Source: Devosiaceae bacterium (GTDB lineage: Bacteria; Pseudomonadota; Alphaproteobacteria; Rhizobiales; MH13). Taken from it: a stretch of DNA of 64,000 nucleotides. Made by a program: the position numbers and the translations under genes. The notes below the pieces were generated by a model. The model was not told the origin of the DNA. It searched no databases and was given only the letters and a program-made list of their open reading frames with translations. The stretch spans positions 11,440 through 75,439 of the forward strand of contig JBGCDM010000007.1 of assembly GCA_045105395.1 (NCBI GenBank), read 5' to 3'. Below, piece by piece: positions 60,844 through 64,000 of this stretch. How positions within the stretch are numbered: position 1 is the stretch's first letter; every line of letters starts with the position of its first letter.

Positions 60844-61932
60844 ATGGCCCGTATTACACTTCGCCAACTTCTCGATCACGCTGCTGAGCACAATTACGGC
60901 GTGCCTGCGTTCAACATCAACAATATGGAACAGGCGCTTGCCATTATGGAAGCGGCTGATGAAACCGATAGCCCGGTCATCATGGCCGCCTCACGTGGTG
61001 CGCGCGGCTATGCCACCGATGTTATGCTGGAAAAAATGATCGATGCCTGCGTTGAGCTTTATCCGCACATCCCACTGTGTATGCACCAGGACCATGGCAA
61101 CTCGCCAGGCACTTGCATGACCGCCATCCAAGCCGGTTTTACCTCCGTCATGATGGACGGTTCGCTGGAAGCGGACGGCAAGACCCCCGCTGACTATGCC
61201 TACAATGCGAACGTCACCAAGCAGACCACCTTCCTTGCCCACCTTGCCGGCGCATCGGTGGAAGGTGAGCTAGGCGTGCTTGGCTCGCTGGAAACAGGCA
61301 CAGGCGAGGCTGAAGATGGCCACGGCGCAGAAGGCGAACTATCGCACGACCAGTTGCTCACTGACCCAGATGAGGCGGTGCGTTTTGTGGCTGAAACCAA
61401 GGTGGATGCCCTTGCGATCGCCATGGGCACATCGCACGGCGCCTACAAATTTACCCGCCAGCCAGATGGCGACATCCTGGCCATGAACGTGATCGAAGAG
61501 ATCAATCAGAAACTGCCAAACACCCATTTGGTGATGCACGGCTCATCCTCTGTTCCGCAAGATTTGCAGGACATGATCAATGAGTTTGGCGGTGAGATGA
61601 AGCAGACCTGGGGTGTTCCAGTTGAGGAGATTCAGCGCGGCATCAAGCATGGCGTACGCAAGATCAACGTGGACACCGACAACCGCATGGCCATCACCGC
61701 CGCCATTCGCAAAGTGTTTGCTGAAAACCCATCAGAGTTTGATCCGCGCAAATATCTGGCCCCTGCCCGCGCCGCCATGAAGAACCTGTGCGCCCAGCGC
61801 AATCAGCAGTTTGGCACAGCGGGCAATGCATCCAAGTTCGGCAAAATTTATACGCTTGCTGAAATGGCCAAGCGCTATGAAACCGGCGATCTGGATCCTG
61901 CAGTATCGAGCACAGCAATGGCCGCAGAATAA
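60844..61932 (+). CDS. fba: Class II fructose-bisphosphate aldolase
   Basis: [30 protein letters not shown]... is followed by metal and active-site motifs ([28 protein letters not shown]). The protein is 362 aa. Confidence 0.9.
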   Translation: MARITLRQLLDHAAEHNYGVPAFNINNMEQALAIMEAADETDSPVIMAASRGARGYATDVMLEKMIDACVELYPHIPLCMHQDHGNSPGTCMTAIQAGFTSVMMDGSLEADGKTPADYAYNANVTKQTTFLAHLAGASVEGELGVLGSLETGTGEAEDGHGAEGELSHDQLLTDPDEAVRFVAETKVDALAIAMGTSHGAYKFTRQPDGDILAMNVIEEINQKLPNTHLVMHGSSSVPQDLQDMINEFGGEMKQTWGVPVEEIQRGIKHGVRKINVDTDNRMAITAAIRKVFAENPSEFDPRKYLAPARAAMKNLCAQRNQQFGTAGNASKFGKIYTLAEMAKRYETGDLDPAVSSTAMAAE

Positions 61933-61955
61933 GCGCCATCGACCATTATCTTGAA

Positions 61956-62000
61956 GGCGGAAGCGGATATGGTCAGCTTGGCCCCGCTTTCGCCTTTTTT
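61956..62000 (+). terminator. Probable rho-independent terminator after fba
   Basis: An 11-bp stem with one G:U pair, ggcggaagcgg (61956-61966) pairing with ccgctttcgcc (61984-61994), has a 17-nt loop and is followed by ttttttctttt. The long loop lowers confidence. Confidence 0.55.
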
Positions 62001-62018
62001 CTTTTGCTGTGAGAACCC

Positions 62019-62678
62019 ATGGCCTTTTCTGATTTTCGCACCCGTCTGTTTTTGATCACCCCGCGCACCCCGCCCGAAGACTTTATGGAGCGGTTTGCCA
62101 GCGCCTTAGCTGGTGGCGATATTGGCTGCCTGCTGATCGATGGTGACCAGACCGATGATCGCGCGTTTCAAGATTTCGCATCCCCCTTCGTGCAGACCGC
62201 GCAAAGCGCCAATGTTGCAGTTTTGGTCATCGACGACACGCGCTTGTCCGAGCGACTCGGCACCGATGGTGTGCATATGTCCGAGCCAAAAGTGCTCGAT
62301 AGTACGGAACAAACCAAACTTCAGGACCGCGGCGTGATCGTCGGCAGCGGTGCGATCAACACCAAACATCTGGCCATGCAAACGGGCGAGCGTGAATTGG
62401 ACTATCTGTTCTTTGGGCGTCTGGACCGCGAGCCAACCGAAGAAACCCATCCCAAAACGGTAACGCTTACCACTTGGTGGGCGCAGATGATGGCGATCCC
62501 GTGCGTCGCGCTTTCGGGCACCAGCGATGAAGCCTTTTGCGCACTGGCAGAAGCGGGCGCGGAATTCATCGCTGTGCGTGAACATATCTGGCAATCCGAT
62601 GATCCCGGCGCAGAAATCGCCAGGTTGAACTCGATGCTCGACACCATTGCCAAAAAACGCATGGAGGCCGCCGCCTAA
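62019..62678 (+). CDS. Thiamine-phosphate synthase-like (ThiE/TenI family) protein
   Basis: 219 aa. A TIM-barrel-like pattern is present, with GTDGVHM and GFGR/FF..L motifs. The position after fba matches Rhizobiales genomes. The family call is moderate. Confidence 0.6.
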   Translation: MAFSDFRTRLFLITPRTPPEDFMERFASALAGGDIGCLLIDGDQTDDRAFQDFASPFVQTAQSANVAVLVIDDTRLSERLGTDGVHMSEPKVLDSTEQTKLQDRGVIVGSGAINTKHLAMQTGERELDYLFFGRLDREPTEETHPKTVTLTTWWAQMMAIPCVALSGTSDEAFCALAEAGAEFIAVREHIWQSDDPGAEIARLNSMLDTIAKKRMEAAA

Positions 62679-63667
62679 TGCTATGGCGCGCACTTCTGGC
62701 TTTGGTGCTCCTTGCCGCACCAGCGTATGCCCAGACGGCAGAACCGCAAGCTTCAGCGGAGCCATCCGCGCAAGAGGCACCCGAGCAAGACCCCTTCACC
62801 CTCGACCCTGCTGTTGCCTTTGAGGCGTTCTTCGCTGGCAATTATGCCCGTGCCTTTGATCTGGCGGTCACCTTTGCCGGGCGTGGTGATGGCCCCTCCA
62901 TGCGCCTGCTCGGGCAGATGTACAGCGCCGGACTTGGCGTCGAGCAGAGCCAAGAAGAAGCGCTGGAATGGTACCGCCTTGCAACAGAGACCAATGATAT
63001 TGAGGCGAAGGTTCTGCTGGCCACCGCTATCATGGACGGACCAATCCCAGAGCGAGACGAAGAGCATGTTGCCCAATTGCTGCGCGAGGCTTCCGATGCT
63101 GGCAACAGCATGGGCACGCAAATGCTGGGCATGCTGCACCTGGAAGGGCGGGGCGTAGAACGCGACATCGACCTTGGCGCGCAGCTTATGCGCCAAGCCG
63201 CTGATGCAGGCGATGTGACGGCACAATACACGCTCGGCATCCTGTACCAGGAAGGTGCAGGCGTGCGCCAAGACACAGCACAAGCCTATGCATGGTTTGA
63301 GCAGGCGGCGCGACGCGGCAACACCGAAGCGCAGATTGAGTTTGCATTGGGCCTGCTCAACGGATCAGCGGGCGAGAATGACCTTAGCCAAGAGCGCCGC
63401 GTTGAGGATGCCATCTTCTGGCTTCGCCGGGCCGCAGAAGGCGGAAACCCAATTGCTGAAAATCGTTTGGCCCACGCCTATAGCCAAGGGTTCGGTGTGC
63501 AGCTAGATCCGGTGCAAGCTGCCTATTACCACGCCCGTGCTGTTGCAGGCGGCCTAGCTGATGCCCGCCTGGATGCCTTTGTTGGCAGCCTACCAGAGGA
63601 CCAACGCCGGGAAGCGCAAGAACGTATTGCCCAGGATAGAGCTCCGGCGAACCCGTTCAACCAATAG
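62678..63667 (+). CDS. Secreted Sel1-repeat (TPR-like) protein
   Basis: A signal peptide ([14 protein letters not shown]) is followed by about seven repeats of the Sel1 pattern (G.MY..G.GV..D...A..W...AA..G...AQ). The start overlaps the upstream stop (TAATG). Confidence 0.85.
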   Translation: MLWRALLALVLLAAPAYAQTAEPQASAEPSAQEAPEQDPFTLDPAVAFEAFFAGNYARAFDLAVTFAGRGDGPSMRLLGQMYSAGLGVEQSQEEALEWYRLATETNDIEAKVLLATAIMDGPIPERDEEHVAQLLREASDAGNSMGTQMLGMLHLEGRGVERDIDLGAQLMRQAADAGDVTAQYTLGILYQEGAGVRQDTAQAYAWFEQAARRGNTEAQIEFALGLLNGSAGENDLSQERRVEDAIFWLRRAAEGGNPIAENRLAHAYSQGFGVQLDPVQAAYYHARAVAGGLADARLDAFVGSLPEDQRREAQERIAQDRAPANPFNQ

Positions 63668-63779
63668 CAAGAAGCCCCCTACGCTTGCCTTAACGCACCA
63701 GGTATGGTCCACAGCCCACAAGGCTCTGGTCAGCCAGCGCATTTGGCGTCTTCCTTTCCACACAACGAGATCACAACGC

Positions 63780-64000
63780 ATGAAAATCAACGGCAACGAA
63801 ATCCGCCCAGGCATGGTCATCGAATATGATGGCGGCCTTTGGGTCGCGGTAAAGGCCGGCGCGGTGAAACCGGGCAAAGGCCCAGCCTATAATCAGGTTG
63901 AGCTAAAAAACGTCATTGATGGACGCAAGCTCAACAATCGCTTTGGCTCGGATGAAAAAGTTGAACGCGCCCGCATTGAAACCAAGGATTTCCAGTACCT
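63780..64000 (+). CDS. efp: Elongation factor P (5' part; runs off the right edge of the window)
   Basis: Missing from the ORF track. Manual translation from the ATG at 63780 gives [55 protein letters not shown]..., the canonical EF-P N-domain. Confidence 0.9.
   Translation, partial: MKINGNEIRPGMVIEYDGGLWVAVKAGAVKPGKGPAYNQVELKNVIDGRKLNNRFGSDEKVERARIETKDFQY

Noticed and set aside
62106-62780. 224-aa minus-strand ORF opposite the thiE-like and Sel1 genes
   Set aside because: It spans a TAATG-coupled gene junction on the other strand and has no motifs, so it is an antisense shadow in GC-rich DNA.

Overview
This 64 kb window looks like core chromosome of an alphaproteobacterium, probably Hyphomicrobiales/Rhizobiales-like. 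That guess rests on synteny only: ybgC-tolQRAB-pal-cpoB-tilS-ftsH-glmM, ruvC-ruvA...ruvB, zapA-6S RNA-5-FCL, tkt-gap-pgk-fba-thiE-like-Sel1-efp, serA-serC, glpD-glpK and rpoH. I found no tRNA or rRNA genes, CRISPR arrays, transposases, integrases or prophage genes. About 60 CDS are supported, plus one candidate ncRNA (6S/ssrS), seven intrinsic terminators and one consensus CtrA box. The ORF track uses the longest ORF and counts GTG/TTG as starts, so I trimmed several N-termini to starts with better support. Two edge-truncated genes missing from the track (cheA at the left edge, efp at the right) were recovered by manual translation.

The best candidate for an undescribed system is a translationally coupled five-gene operon at 6971-13501 on the minus strand. 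It encodes a long helical protein, an unknown 337-aa protein, a classical AAA+ ATPase with a unique N-domain, an unknown 435-aa protein, and a single-pass membrane protein that looks DUF2333-like.

Secondary leads:
- a CHASE2 adenylate cyclase / FecR-domain / TPR-beta-barrel OMP module
- three small membrane ORFs chained by ATGA overlaps between ruvA and ruvB
- a half-size asparaginase-like gene inside tol-pal
- an in-frame transmembrane leader on pgk
- a Ser-rich secreted ORF inserted into the zapA-ssrS-5-FCL locus
- four convergent gene pairs that share overlapping stop codons

All family assignments come from motif recognition by eye, with no database search.
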